Of a stretch of DNA of 59,773 nt, positions 1 to 9,900 are shown one piece after another. Numbering within the stretch: position 1 is the first letter of the stretch; every line of letters starts with the position of its first letter. Below the pieces are notes generated by a model. The model was not told the DNA's origin. It saw nothing but the letters and a program-made list of their open reading frames with translations, and did not search any database. The position numbers and the translations under genes are program-made. This stretch comes from an uncultured virus (IMG/VR IMGVR_UViG_3300023105_000006) (taxonomy: Duplodnaviria > Heunggongvirae > Uroviricota > Caudoviricetes): the IMG/VR virus record IMGVR_UViG_3300023105_000006; one strand, 5' to 3'.

Positions 1-1
1 T

Positions 2-3000
2 AAGGTTATAGGTTCCTGTGCCACTTGATTGATCAGTAACAGTGATAATACCATTCATATTAGCATGATTGCCACATTGATAGTAATATGTTCCCGCAGT
101 ATCGGGAGTCCAGCTAACAACACCGTTTACAGACCCATTATTTGTAACAGGTGGATCTTCAACTAAGTTTGAAGGAGTAGAACCCCTTAATTCTGTAATT
201 GCATATATTTCTTCATCGTCCGCAGATCCGTTCTGCCAGAATCGAAATTCCTTTGTTGCGATATTAAATTGACCTAACCAATAATCATAAACACCGGAAA
301 GACCAGTATTAGTCTTTGCCATATTACCAGATATTTGGCCGCCTGTATAATAATATTCATTATCAGAAGATTTAATAACATCGTAAGCAAATATATTACC
401 ATCGTCCGCGGTCGCATCTCCAACCGTCGACATCTGGTATATTTCAAAGAGTTCATTTGCAGCGTGGATATTATATCCTTTATTTCTTTCTTCTTGATAT
501 CTTGGTGTGTTTAAAAATTCTTGTAAACCAGACAACTCTACAATGCCAAGAAATCCAGTAAACAAACCATTTGCACCATATGAACCATTATATTCCGTGC
601 TATAATAAGTTTTATCCAATACACTTGTTGAAATATTGTTTGTATCAATGTTTACAGTAAACATTGTTGGGTCCAATATTTCAGTGGTATTGTTTTGTAA
701 AACTGTATCATTTATTGCAGTAATGGGATTAGAATCATAATAATAAGCATTTGAAGTTGAATATGATGTATGATATACACCTGTTCCAAATCCAGTTTTC
801 CATTGTCTAAACATTACAGCATCTCTGCCATAGGAGTGCGAAGTTGAACTTCCACCAAATACAAAGTTTTTACCGAGACGATCCCAAACCATATCTTTAT
901 TAATAAAGTCCTCGCCCATATGCCCAAGAGTATTTGCAAAATACAATGAGCCATCTGAATCATTTATACCCGCAACAAGTGTATCATTTCTCCAAAGCAT
1001 ACCAAAACTATTAGATGCGTCACTATCAAGATTAAGACCAGTGGCTAACATAATAACACGGTTGTTGCCCATATTGTTATTATGATCAGGCTCATTTAAG
1101 TACCATTCTCTTTGATTGGAATCTTCTGATAGAAGAGTATTAATTTCTTCAACATAAGCTTCATTTCTTAAACTTTGATATTGTTTTTCCCATACAATAT
1201 CCGACACCCATCCATTTGCAGAATCTCTTAAATCATATCTACCAGCAATCGCAAAAGATCTGTGGCCATATGAAGTATAGTTTACAGGAGTTTGTGCTGA
1301 GTCTGCTAATGATATATCTTCTCTTTTACCAGCAACAACAATCCGCCATTGAGCATTATCAGAATCATATCTGGTTAATCTGATATCATTATAACCAGCT
1401 TCAATTGAACGGATCTGAGCATCTGCAACAGATGTACTTGCCCAAGAATGATGTCTTACATAATCAACTAAAGTACTAGAATTAACATTACCAATACCCC
1501 AACTAGGTGCTCTATAATTACCAGTTTTATCAGATCCTGCAAATAAAAACTCACCTGTATTTGGTCTACCTGGTCTTATTCTATTAATATGAAAATCGGC
1601 GTTTGAAAACTGCATAAGTTTAGAAGTCGCAATATCGCCATTAGCAGCATTAATAACTGATAAAATACCAGCTCCCCTAGAGGAGTCATCATTAGTTTCA
1701 TTTGTTAAAAATGTTACAATGTTATCAATTCCATTATTATTTATTACTGCATGGCTTGTAATTTCACTGTAGTTATTGCTTACTCCAAACCGCTTTGACC
1801 AGATTACATTATCTGCTGAATCAAGTCTTGCAAGATAACCATTTTTATACAACGTGCCATTCTTTGTCCATCCTGATACAATATAATCTTTATGATTTGC
1901 GAGTGGGGTTACAGTATGTATTTCATCAGAGTCAAACCCCAATGAAAAATATTTTGCACCAGTATAGTTATAATTCTCATCATAAGTAGCCAAAAACGGT
2001 GATTTAATTCTTACATCATTGCCTACAAGTTTAAATCCATTATCATTAGTTTTAAACAAACTTGTAAATGACATATCAGCCGAATCAGCGGTTTCTTTAA
2101 GGTTTCTGCCCCATCCATGAACCAATTGTGAACCTTTACTAGTCAATTCGCCCTTTGCGTATCCAGATAATATTAAGGAGTTATTTTGCACATCTTCGAT
2201 AACACCTGTAATATAATCATCACCTTCAGCTGTGTATGTATAGCTAATTGAGTTGTTTTCGTTATCAATAATAGTTAATAATAGATCACCGCCAAGGCCA
2301 GTATTTTGCACATTATCTTCAACACGCCCCACTAGACATTTGCGACCATCAGAAAGATAGATACCTTGATAATAATATTCCTCTGCGCCTGTATTAATTT
2401 CTTTTTTATTAAAGAATATCGGGGAAGCAACATCGTATTGTAGAATAGAAGTGCCTTGTGTAATACCCTCAGGTTCGGAAGTTGTCTTTTTTACAAATTC
2501 TGCATTTGAGTGAGTATATTGAATATGCCCAGATGTATTAGGCCCTTTAGTAATAAAACTTCCTGTAGCTACATCATAATCTAAATGATCATAACCTGCA
2601 AACGACCCACCAGCAAGATCAAAACTATAAAGACCCTTTCCAGAATATGTACCAGTACCTTGAGTACCACTTAATAGTGTGTAGAACTTAGTGTTGGTAG
2701 CATTGTATTTAAAGCCATGAATTCTTAAATCATTAGCAACAGTATTAGTGACAATTTGTCCTTCATCATATAGTGATCCAGTAGAATCAATCAAAGTTTC
2801 GGCGCTGTAGAGATCGGCACCACCTCTTAAAGATCCAGTACCAGCTACATATAACTTTGTACCAACACTTGTTATTAAGACATCAGGACGTTCCGGTGTA
2901 CTTCTAAAATTCCATGGCATATTGATACGTGTTAAAGTACCAGGTGAAATAGTATTAGCATCCGTTACGCGCCAAATCTGAGTATCATAAGTATCATCTA

Positions 3001-4357
3001 TATCTTCAACAATAATAGTACCATACATACCACTATGTACAACACAGACATAATAATATGTACCTGCTGTTTGTGGTGTAAAGGTAATATACTGTGTACC
3101 ATGCCCTGAAGCACCCGCAGCCTGACCAGTCGTGTTCGTTTGATTGTTTGTCTTAATATAAAGTGGATGTGTAGATGCATCACCAGAATTTGCAAATGCC
3201 CATCTTGCGGTATCTCCAACTTTTAATCTTACAGTCGGATGGTTAGCCACACCATCAAGTGTACCTGGGGCTTGTCTGTCCGTACCATTTAATTGATAAA
3301 GGTTACCACCATTTGCAGTAACAACTAGATCGCCAAAGTCAATAACTTCTGCCTTCATAATTGTCGGCCAGTATACATAAGAACCAAATGTATGACCTGC
3401 TGATACCCTCATTGGATATTGACTCATAATACCTTCAGCTTGAGCATTACCACCAGGATATGGCACAAATGTAGGAGTTGCTAGATCAAATGATCCATAA
3501 TTAACCTGAGGAGTAAACGAACCTGAAGATGATGTATAGGTTCTTGAATACACATTCCATTCACCATCTGTTGATGAGGAATCCATATAAAAAGCATGGA
3601 ATCTATTTGATGATCCTTTTAAAATACCACCGGCAAGATAGTTAATACCAGCGGTTGATGGCAAAGTAACATCATTGTGTGAGTTATGTGCACCACCTAC
3701 TGATGGCGTGTGGATACGTGCAAGTGGAACATTATAAGAAGAACCGCCTGATGTAGCTCGGATAGTAATTAGATAACCATACTGTTTATCAGCAGGTCTA
3801 ATATATCCATCAGCATCCCAAACTAATCTGCCGTCATCAAACTGAGCGTAGTTGGAAGGAAGGTGTTTGTGGTATTGATAAAATTCCCAATCTGCTCCTG
3901 CAGATGTATGATAAGCCCTATCCCAATAAAAAGCATCATCTTCTAACAAACCACCATTTTGGGTACCATCATCACCCCATGTACCAATATGTCCAAAGAA
4001 AAACGCGTCTTGTTCATTAATATTGGTAATATCATTAACGCCTGTTCCGATATTTTGAATACAGCCTCCATGATATCTTAATGATGATCCATTATGTGTT
4101 TCATCAATAAATGCAATGGTACCATCTAATGCCATTTTTTCAGGTTCACCTGATAGTGCAGAAGCTGTTGCAATATCTAGTGCAGAATCCCATTGGTAGG
4201 GTGATATAGCATTACCTGTAAGTGTAGCATTATTAGTAAGATCAGATGGATGATAGGTATACCAATATCCATCATTAGATATATGATGCATAACTGGTAA
4301 ACCCAAAAAATCTGAGTCTACTAAAGTATAATGCTGTGTTAGATTGGCAATAGTCAT
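2..4357 (-). CDS. Large virion/fibre-associated protein (>1450 aa, runs off the left edge) with beta-propeller-like repeats and two cupredoxin-like C-x2-H-x2-M motifs
   Basis: Absent from the ORF track, consistent with no stop codon inside the window. ATG at 4357 (MTIANLTQHYTLVDSDF...). The same frame reads ...WTPDTAGTYYYQCGNHANMNGIITVTDQSSGTGTYNL at the window edge. Internal HPLYIK...GTYYYVCVVHSGMYGTIIV near 3.0-3.2 kb. Confidence 0.85.
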   Translation of the reverse strand, partial: MTIANLTQHYTLVDSDFLGLPVMHHISNDGYWYTYHPSDLTNNATLTGNAISPYQWDSALDIATASALSGEPEKMALDGTIAFIDETHNGSSLRYHGGCIQNIGTGVNDITNINEQDAFFFGHIGTWGDDGTQNGGLLEDDAFYWDRAYHTSAGADWEFYQYHKHLPSNYAQFDDGRLVWDADGYIRPADKQYGYLITIRATSGGSSYNVPLARIHTPSVGGAHNSHNDVTLPSTAGINYLAGGILKGSSNRFHAFYMDSSSTDGEWNVYSRTYTSSSGSFTPQVNYGSFDLATPTFVPYPGGNAQAEGIMSQYPMRVSAGHTFGSYVYWPTIMKAEVIDFGDLVVTANGGNLYQLNGTDRQAPGTLDGVANHPTVRLKVGDTARWAFANSGDASTHPLYIKTNNQTNTTGQAAGASGHGTQYITFTPQTAGTYYYVCVVHSGMYGTIIVEDIDDTYDTQIWRVTDANTISPGTLTRINMPWNFRSTPERPDVLITSVGTKLYVAGTGSLRGGADLYSAETLIDSTGSLYDEGQIVTNTVANDLRIHGFKYNATNTKFYTLLSGTQGTGTYSGKGLYSFDLAGGSFAGYDHLDYDVATGSFITKGPNTSGHIQYTHSNAEFVKKTTSEPEGITQGTSILQYDVASPIFFNKKEINTGAEEYYYQGIYLSDGRKCLVGRVEDNVQNTGLGGDLLLTIIDNENNSISYTYTAEGDDYITGVIEDVQNNSLILSGYAKGELTSKGSQLVHGWGRNLKETADSADMSFTSLFKTNDNGFKLVGNDVRIKSPFLATYDENYNYTGAKYFSLGFDSDEIHTVTPLANHKDYIVSGWTKNGTLYKNGYLARLDSADNVIWSKRFGVSNNYSEITSHAVINNNGIDNIVTFLTNETNDDSSRGAGILSVINAANGDIATSKLMQFSNADFHINRIRPGRPNTGEFLFAGSDKTGNYRAPSWGIGNVNSSTLVDYVRHHSWASTSVADAQIRSIEAGYNDIRLTRYDSDNAQWRIVVAGKREDISLADSAQTPVNYTSYGHRSFAIAGRYDLRDSANGWVSDIVWEKQYQSLRNEAYVEEINTLLSEDSNQREWYLNEPDHNNNMGNNRVIMLATGLNLDSDASNSFGMLWRNDTLVAGINDSDGSLYFANTLGHMGEDFINKDMVWDRLGKNFVFGGSSTSHSYGRDAVMFRQWKTGFGTGVYHTSYSTSNAYYYDSNPITAINDTVLQNNTTEILDPTMFTVNIDTNNISTSVLDKTYYSTEYNGSYGANGLFTGFLGIVELSGLQEFLNTPRYQEERNKGYNIHAANELFEIYQMSTVGDATADDGNIFAYDVIKSSDNEYYYTGGQISGNMAKTNTGLSGVYDYWLGQFNIATKEFRFWQNGSADDEEIYAITELRGSTPSNLVEDPPVTNNGSVNGVVSWTPDTAGTYYYQCGNHANMNGIITVTDQSSGTGTYNL

Positions 4358-4360
4358 ATA

Positions 4361-4729
4361 TTAAGTTCCTGAAACTGGAATTCCTGGTCTAAAGACGATA
4401 TCTGTTGAGTTAGTAGCAAAACCAATATACAAGGCTCTTGTACTTGCACTTGGTGTGGGCGGTGATGATATAATACCACCAGTTGCATCCAAAAAGTATG
4501 GCGCGCCGGGTGTGAGTCCTGTAAATCCAGAAACAACACCTGCTGCATAATATTCATCACCCATTTTACACAATACGGCCATAAGTTGTGTTACAGTATC
4601 TGTATTTAATGCATTAACTGTTGTGTTAGATCCGGTCATTCTTACTATCTTACCATTATCACCGCCTGATAGGTTTGGTACTGTAACGGCATCAGCAGAT
4701 AGTGTACTAGTTGATTTAACAAACGCCAT
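4361..4729 (-). CDS. Small virion structural protein (fibre/decoration-type beta domain)
   Basis: 122 aa, tightly packed in the fibre operon. GLTPGAPYFLDATGG...IGFA resembles a domain inside the 1763-aa fibre (NLTEGERVHLG...VGTC). Confidence 0.7.
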   Translation of the reverse strand: MAFVKSTSTLSADAVTVPNLSGGDNGKIVRMTGSNTTVNALNTDTVTQLMAVLCKMGDEYYAAGVVSGFTGLTPGAPYFLDATGGIISSPPTPSASTRALYIGFATNSTDIVFRPGIPVSGT

Positions 4730-4732
4730 TTA

Positions 4733-5704
4733 CTATACTCCTTCTCTGACGATTTCTAAATATGTATCGGTAGTAAAACTACCTGTGTTATCACTATTAG
4801 ATACCATTAATTCTAAAAAATCATCCTCAAGCAAATAAAGAGTTTCATCCAATTGTACAAAATCATTTGGACTAATAGATATTGTAAATAAATCAGTTTC
4901 ACTGGGGAGATTTCTATTTTTCTTTAAGGTAACTGTATAAGAGTTTCCAGAACCTGCTGTTCCAGATTGTGCAAAAACCTTACAACTATAATATCCTGTT
5001 GTTCTTGCCGTAATTCTTTCTTGCACCGCCGAATACCAATAAAGGTCACCAAGAACGTTAGCATTGGCATTAAAATCAGTCGTACCCCAAGATATTGGAG
5101 TTAATGTCGAGGTTGTATTAAACGGTTGAGTAATTATAGTTTTAACACCACTAAACGCATTGTGATTACTTATACCAGTGCCCGGAGAATAACCCAATCT
5201 ATACATAGTAAATGTACTTGCAGCAAGCAATGTACCTACGCCAACATTTTCTTTTACATAAAGATTAATATAATCACCGGCAACCAGACTAAGTGTTTCA
5301 TCAATTGTTACAGATTGATTAGGACCAAACTGAATCATATACAATTCAACATTGTTTTTTCTTAGTTCTACCGTATAGGATGCACCAGAACCTTCTGTAC
5401 CTGCAAATATATTTGATATAATTCTATAATATCCGGTTGATGGTGCTGTTGCGGTAGTATCACTGTTTATAAAATAATTATCAACCTCATATTGGGAAAC
5501 TTCAAATTCTATTGGAAGATAGGAGTTAGTAACAGAAAAATCAGTATTAATAATATTTCTTTTTACTCCACTAAAGTTTTTTCTGGTTGTTGATGTTATT
5601 ACATTCCAAACAGTATTATCACTATCCCACTGCCATTTGGCTTGGTTAGGATCAGTATAGAGGTCTAAGTGAGTTGGATTAGATGGAAATGTTAAAGCTG
5701 CCAT
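4733..5704 (-). CDS. Virion protein with two tandem C1q/TNF-like jelly-roll domains
   Basis: N-terminal FPSNPT...KWQWD module common in marine phage fibres. Two internal repeats: FSGVK...TAPSTGYYRI...YTVELRKN...DETLSLVAGDYINL and FSGVK...TARTTGYYSC...YTVTLKKN...DETLYLLEDDFLEL. Confidence 0.7.
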   Translation of the reverse strand: MAALTFPSNPTHLDLYTDPNQAKWQWDSDNTVWNVITSTTRKNFSGVKRNIINTDFSVTNSYLPIEFEVSQYEVDNYFINSDTTATAPSTGYYRIISNIFAGTEGSGASYTVELRKNNVELYMIQFGPNQSVTIDETLSLVAGDYINLYVKENVGVGTLLAASTFTMYRLGYSPGTGISNHNAFSGVKTIITQPFNTTSTLTPISWGTTDFNANANVLGDLYWYSAVQERITARTTGYYSCKVFAQSGTAGSGNSYTVTLKKNRNLPSETDLFTISISPNDFVQLDETLYLLEDDFLELMVSNSDNTGSFTTDTYLEIVREGV

Positions 5705-5709
5705 ATCAA

Positions 5710-6918
5710 TTACCCTGTAAAGTCTATACTTAAATTAAATTCATCTACCGATCCAGTTACACCAGTTATCTCAACCCAGATCCAGCTACCTGCAGGTACT
5801 GATGCATTTGCAATCGTTGGTGTTGATCCTGTGGTAGTGCTTGTTGTAGTTTCTCCACAGATTTGTGTGCCAGTGCCACTGCGACTACTGTTAAAATAAA
5901 GATTATAAGTCACGTTTGTACCATTCACAATAGCGGCTCGTGCGGCTGTTACTGTAATCGCTGTATGAACATACATAAGAGTTCTATTATTATTTGCGGT
6001 GGGTGAAGAAATAGAGATAAATCTTGGTGCTAAAGCACCCTGTGATCCTGTATAACCTCTTGATCCAGAATATCCAGTATCGCCATCGGTTACAGTAGGA
6101 TCTGCTTGTAATACCCATTGAGATTGAGAAGTGGCAGGATTTGTGTAATAAATGTATGATTTACCTGTCTGTGAATTGTACCAGATCTGACCGTCTGTTG
6201 GATTAGCAGGAGCTGTTTCCCCTTGAAAAATTGCACCGGCAGAACCTGTATAACCAATGGAACCAGGCGCTGCATCAACCCATTGTGCTCCTGCAGCTTC
6301 TGCTGCCACGACAGTAATAGTGCCGACCATCATAGGGTGTGATGAACAAATGTAATAAAAAGTACCAACTGTATTAAATTGATGTGAAATTACGACTCCG
6401 CCATAAGCACCTTGGTTTGTTACACCTGATATATTATACTGGGCATCATAAGAGTCTGTAATACTAAGTTGTGTAACCCAATACATGGGATGCGTGGCAC
6501 CTGAGTTCTGGGTGATTTGTAATGTGTCACCCTGAATAAGATATATGTTGGGATCTAAAGCACTACTATGTGTTGTGATTCTATCGGAACCTGATATTTC
6601 ATAGTCATGGTTAGTAGAAGCTGTAGAAGTAAGAGATATTGTTTGTGGTGTTGTTTGAGCATCTTCATCAATATAATAAATTTTTAATTTACCATTTGTG
6701 GCATCCCACCAAAGTGATCCATCTTGTAAAGACTGAGTCGGCGCATCACTATCAGTAATAGCACCACCACCAGAAATACTATTAATTACATTTGCTGAAT
6801 TTTTATAATAGAGAATACCATCACTATAGTTAAGAGCTAGCTCACCATAGTCTAGGTCTCCTGCTTGAGGCTGCTTGCCTACAACAGCCGATCTCTTTAG
6901 CTTAATATTTGCTGCCAT
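5710..6918 (-). CDS. Tail fibre/adhesin: Mtd-N/hyaluronidase-like N-terminus, cupredoxin-like domain, short collagen-like linker
   Basis: IKLKRS...P...L..GELALNY.DG.LYYK start; HPMYW...GTFYYICSSHPMMVGTITV; GDTGYSGSRGYTGSQG. TATAAATA promoter upstream. Confidence 0.8.
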   Translation of the reverse strand: MAANIKLKRSAVVGKQPQAGDLDYGELALNYSDGILYYKNSANVINSISGGGAITDSDAPTQSLQDGSLWWDATNGKLKIYYIDEDAQTTPQTISLTSTASTNHDYEISGSDRITTHSSALDPNIYLIQGDTLQITQNSGATHPMYWVTQLSITDSYDAQYNISGVTNQGAYGGVVISHQFNTVGTFYYICSSHPMMVGTITVVAAEAAGAQWVDAAPGSIGYTGSAGAIFQGETAPANPTDGQIWYNSQTGKSYIYYTNPATSQSQWVLQADPTVTDGDTGYSGSRGYTGSQGALAPRFISISSPTANNNRTLMYVHTAITVTAARAAIVNGTNVTYNLYFNSSRSGTGTQICGETTTSTTTGSTPTIANASVPAGSWIWVEITGVTGSVDEFNLSIDFTG

Positions 6919-6968
6919 ATCTAATTCCTAAAAAGGTAAGTTAATTGGATAAAAATCCCACTTGTCAT

Positions 6969-6976
6969 TATTTATA
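6969..6976 (-). promoter_or_regulatory. T4-type late promoter TATAAATA
   Basis: Exact TATAAATA on the minus strand in the intergenic gap upstream of the 6918 start. Confidence 0.8.
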
Positions 6977-6979
6977 TAG

Positions 6980-9900
6980 TTAATATGTACCACCATCAAG
7001 GGTACCGTAAATAAGTCCCTCTATTTTTACACCATCTGCCGTAGACCAAATTCTACCTCCACCGGTTGTATTTGTATTAGCTGCATTGCCCATATAGGGA
7101 TGGTTTAAACATTGATATGCAATTGTTCTAGGTCCATAATCATGAACTCTGATTTGAGACCAAGTATTGCCAACATTAATATCCCCGGCTGTTCCACTAT
7201 AGATTACTTTTGCTGCAGAGTCGGTAATAGAACCATTTCTTTCATTATCAAAATAGAATCTTATGTCATGTGTAGACATTGAAGAATCGTTTTGATGGAA
7301 TCTATATGTAGTACCAGGTTGAAGATCTAAATGAGGAGCTTGAATTTCTCTTGCTGTATATAAATCATCTGAATCAAAGGCAATGTAATAACCTTTCGCA
7401 GAGCCTGAACCATAATAACGATGTGCTGATGTCTTAAAGCCAGATCTTACATAAATGTTAATAATATCATCACCATAGCTATCAACTAGGCCTACTAATG
7501 CTGGAATGTTTGTATTAGCATTATCAGAATCTCTGCCACCATAGGTTCTTAGAATGGTGTTGTTATCAACTATAAATGAACCATTACTATCATCATTTAT
7601 TGTAACTCTACCTGAAGCAGTAATATCCGCAACTGATGGATTTGTATTAAGTGATATTAGACCTGATGCAGAATCATATACAATGTTAGATCCTGCTACC
7701 ATTACATCTCTTGCACGTTGTGATGTAAAGTCAGAATCAAGTATGAGTGTTGCAAAACTGCCACCATCGGCTGTATTAATAATAAATTCACCTGTAGCAG
7801 AATCGAATGATGTGGATGATACTCCTGCAACACTAACTGATCCCGCAGAATCTAATTGACCCTGGGCATTAACCGTAAAGACTGGCACTTGAGATGCAGA
7901 ACCATATGTACCTGCAGTGACTGTGGTATTGGTAATAGAAATATCACCTGATGCTACCGTAATTCCAGTACCACCAACCAATCTTGCGTCAATATCACTA
8001 TCAACCCTAGTTGCTGTATAATAAAGATTTAAGGAACCTTCACCTAAACTATCTGTAGTTTGTTGTGATAGGTCGTATTTCAGTTGAGTATTATCAGAAT
8101 CAACTACTTGTAGTAAACCATTCGTACTGTGTTTCTTAAGAGTAATTTTTGGGCCAGTACCACCTAGATCAATTTCTAGACCTCTCATAGGCACTCTGTC
8201 GAATGCAGGATTATGGAATCTTACTCCGCCATCATTTGAGTCAACAGATATAAGAGTGCCACCAAGATTAATTGTGTTTCCAGATAGATATAAATCTTTC
8301 CAACGGTAGTTTGAATCCCCTAGATCGTATGTCTCATTGATTGCAGGAACTAAATGACCATCAATTGTTTGAATGGCTATTCCAAAATCCGAATCAAAAT
8401 TATCTGCTGTGTAAACTTGTTCTACGTCAAAACTAAATTCACCGGTTTGATTATTATATGTTAGATCTCCACTGGCAGTAAAGTAACCTCTTATGTCTTG
8501 TTTATAGTAACTTTCTAGTTCTGCAGAGTCAATTTTTATTTCACCTGCATTATAATTAATACCAGTCCCGCCTGTAAAATGAGCTTGTGTCTCAGCCGCG
8601 GAAGGGCCTGTATATGTAATAATACCAGTTGTAGGAGCATAACTTAAAGATCCATCTCCTCCAGTATCCGTAACAGAAATAGCATGTTTAGCGTCACTGT
8701 CTGCTCTTGTATCAGTATAATAAAGATTTGTTGAACCTTCATTAAGAGCATCAGTAGTATGGTTTTGGAGAGTGGATACCTGACCCGTAACATTACCGGT
8801 TAGATTACCATAACCCATACTAAATTGAACAGGAGCCAGTGCAAATGTTGGATCGCTTGTGTTAATATTGCCTTCAGGTTCCGGTTGATACCCCGTAAAG
8901 AATTTCCAACGTTGATCAGATACATCTCTAAACAAACCAGAATGTGCATATGAATCAGCTGGGTTATTATAGTTACCAGCAATACCAATTTGTACGTTAA
9001 TTGGAGAAGCTGTACCTTTCCATCTATCACCTTGGGTGTGACCTGTAGACGCACCAAATGTAATTACCTGATTGTCTTGTCCAGCCAGCATAGCAGCTAA
9101 ACCATCGGTAGACAAATTCCATTCAGTCAATCCAGTGCCAGCTGAATCAAAATATTCTATAGAACTAAAGTCTGAATCTTTGGCCCACTCAATTACATCT
9201 TGAGCACCTGCAGTTTTAATTCTAACCCAATAAGTAGTAGTTGCTTCACCGGTAAAGTGTCCCGATATTGTCGCATCATCAAGACCCGTACCACCTGAGC
9301 CTAAACCCTGGAAGTTAGTACCAGCTTCGCCAATAGTATCACCACCCCCAAGATAAATGAATGTGTCAGAAACATTTAGTGCTGCTGAAGATGAAGTGGT
9401 TTGTGTACCAAGAACCTGTAGGTTACCCGCAATAGTAACATTACCATCAATACGGGTAGCACCAGTTACACGGAACCTTTCAAAGGTATGATCATACAAT
9501 GTAACATATAAAGAACCACCAGCACCAGCAGAATCTGCAGTTAGACAAGTACCAACATCCATAGGATAATTTGGATATTCAGGAGCAGTTGAAGTAAGAG
9601 CACCTGGTGTATTAAATCCTAAATGTACTCTTTCACCTTCTGTAAGATTAGATGTGTCTATTCCATTAAGCACACCACGAACAACCACATACCCATGTGA
9701 GCCATCAGCAATAGTCTCACCGGCAAGACCTATAACATCTTTTTTATTTACATCAGAAGCATCTGCTAATGCTATGTGAGGATGACGTCCATGTATTGGA
9801 TGCCCCGGAATATGAACTCCGGTAATATAAACAGGCTTACCTTTTTCAATTGTTGTACCAGAATTGTTTCTGGCTCTAATCCATTCTCTTTCACCTAAAA

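Noticed and set aside
6030..6090. Collagen-like G-x-y run (GDTGYSGSRGYTGSQG)
   Set aside because: Only about five triplets. This is an ordinary fibre linker, not a collagen domain.
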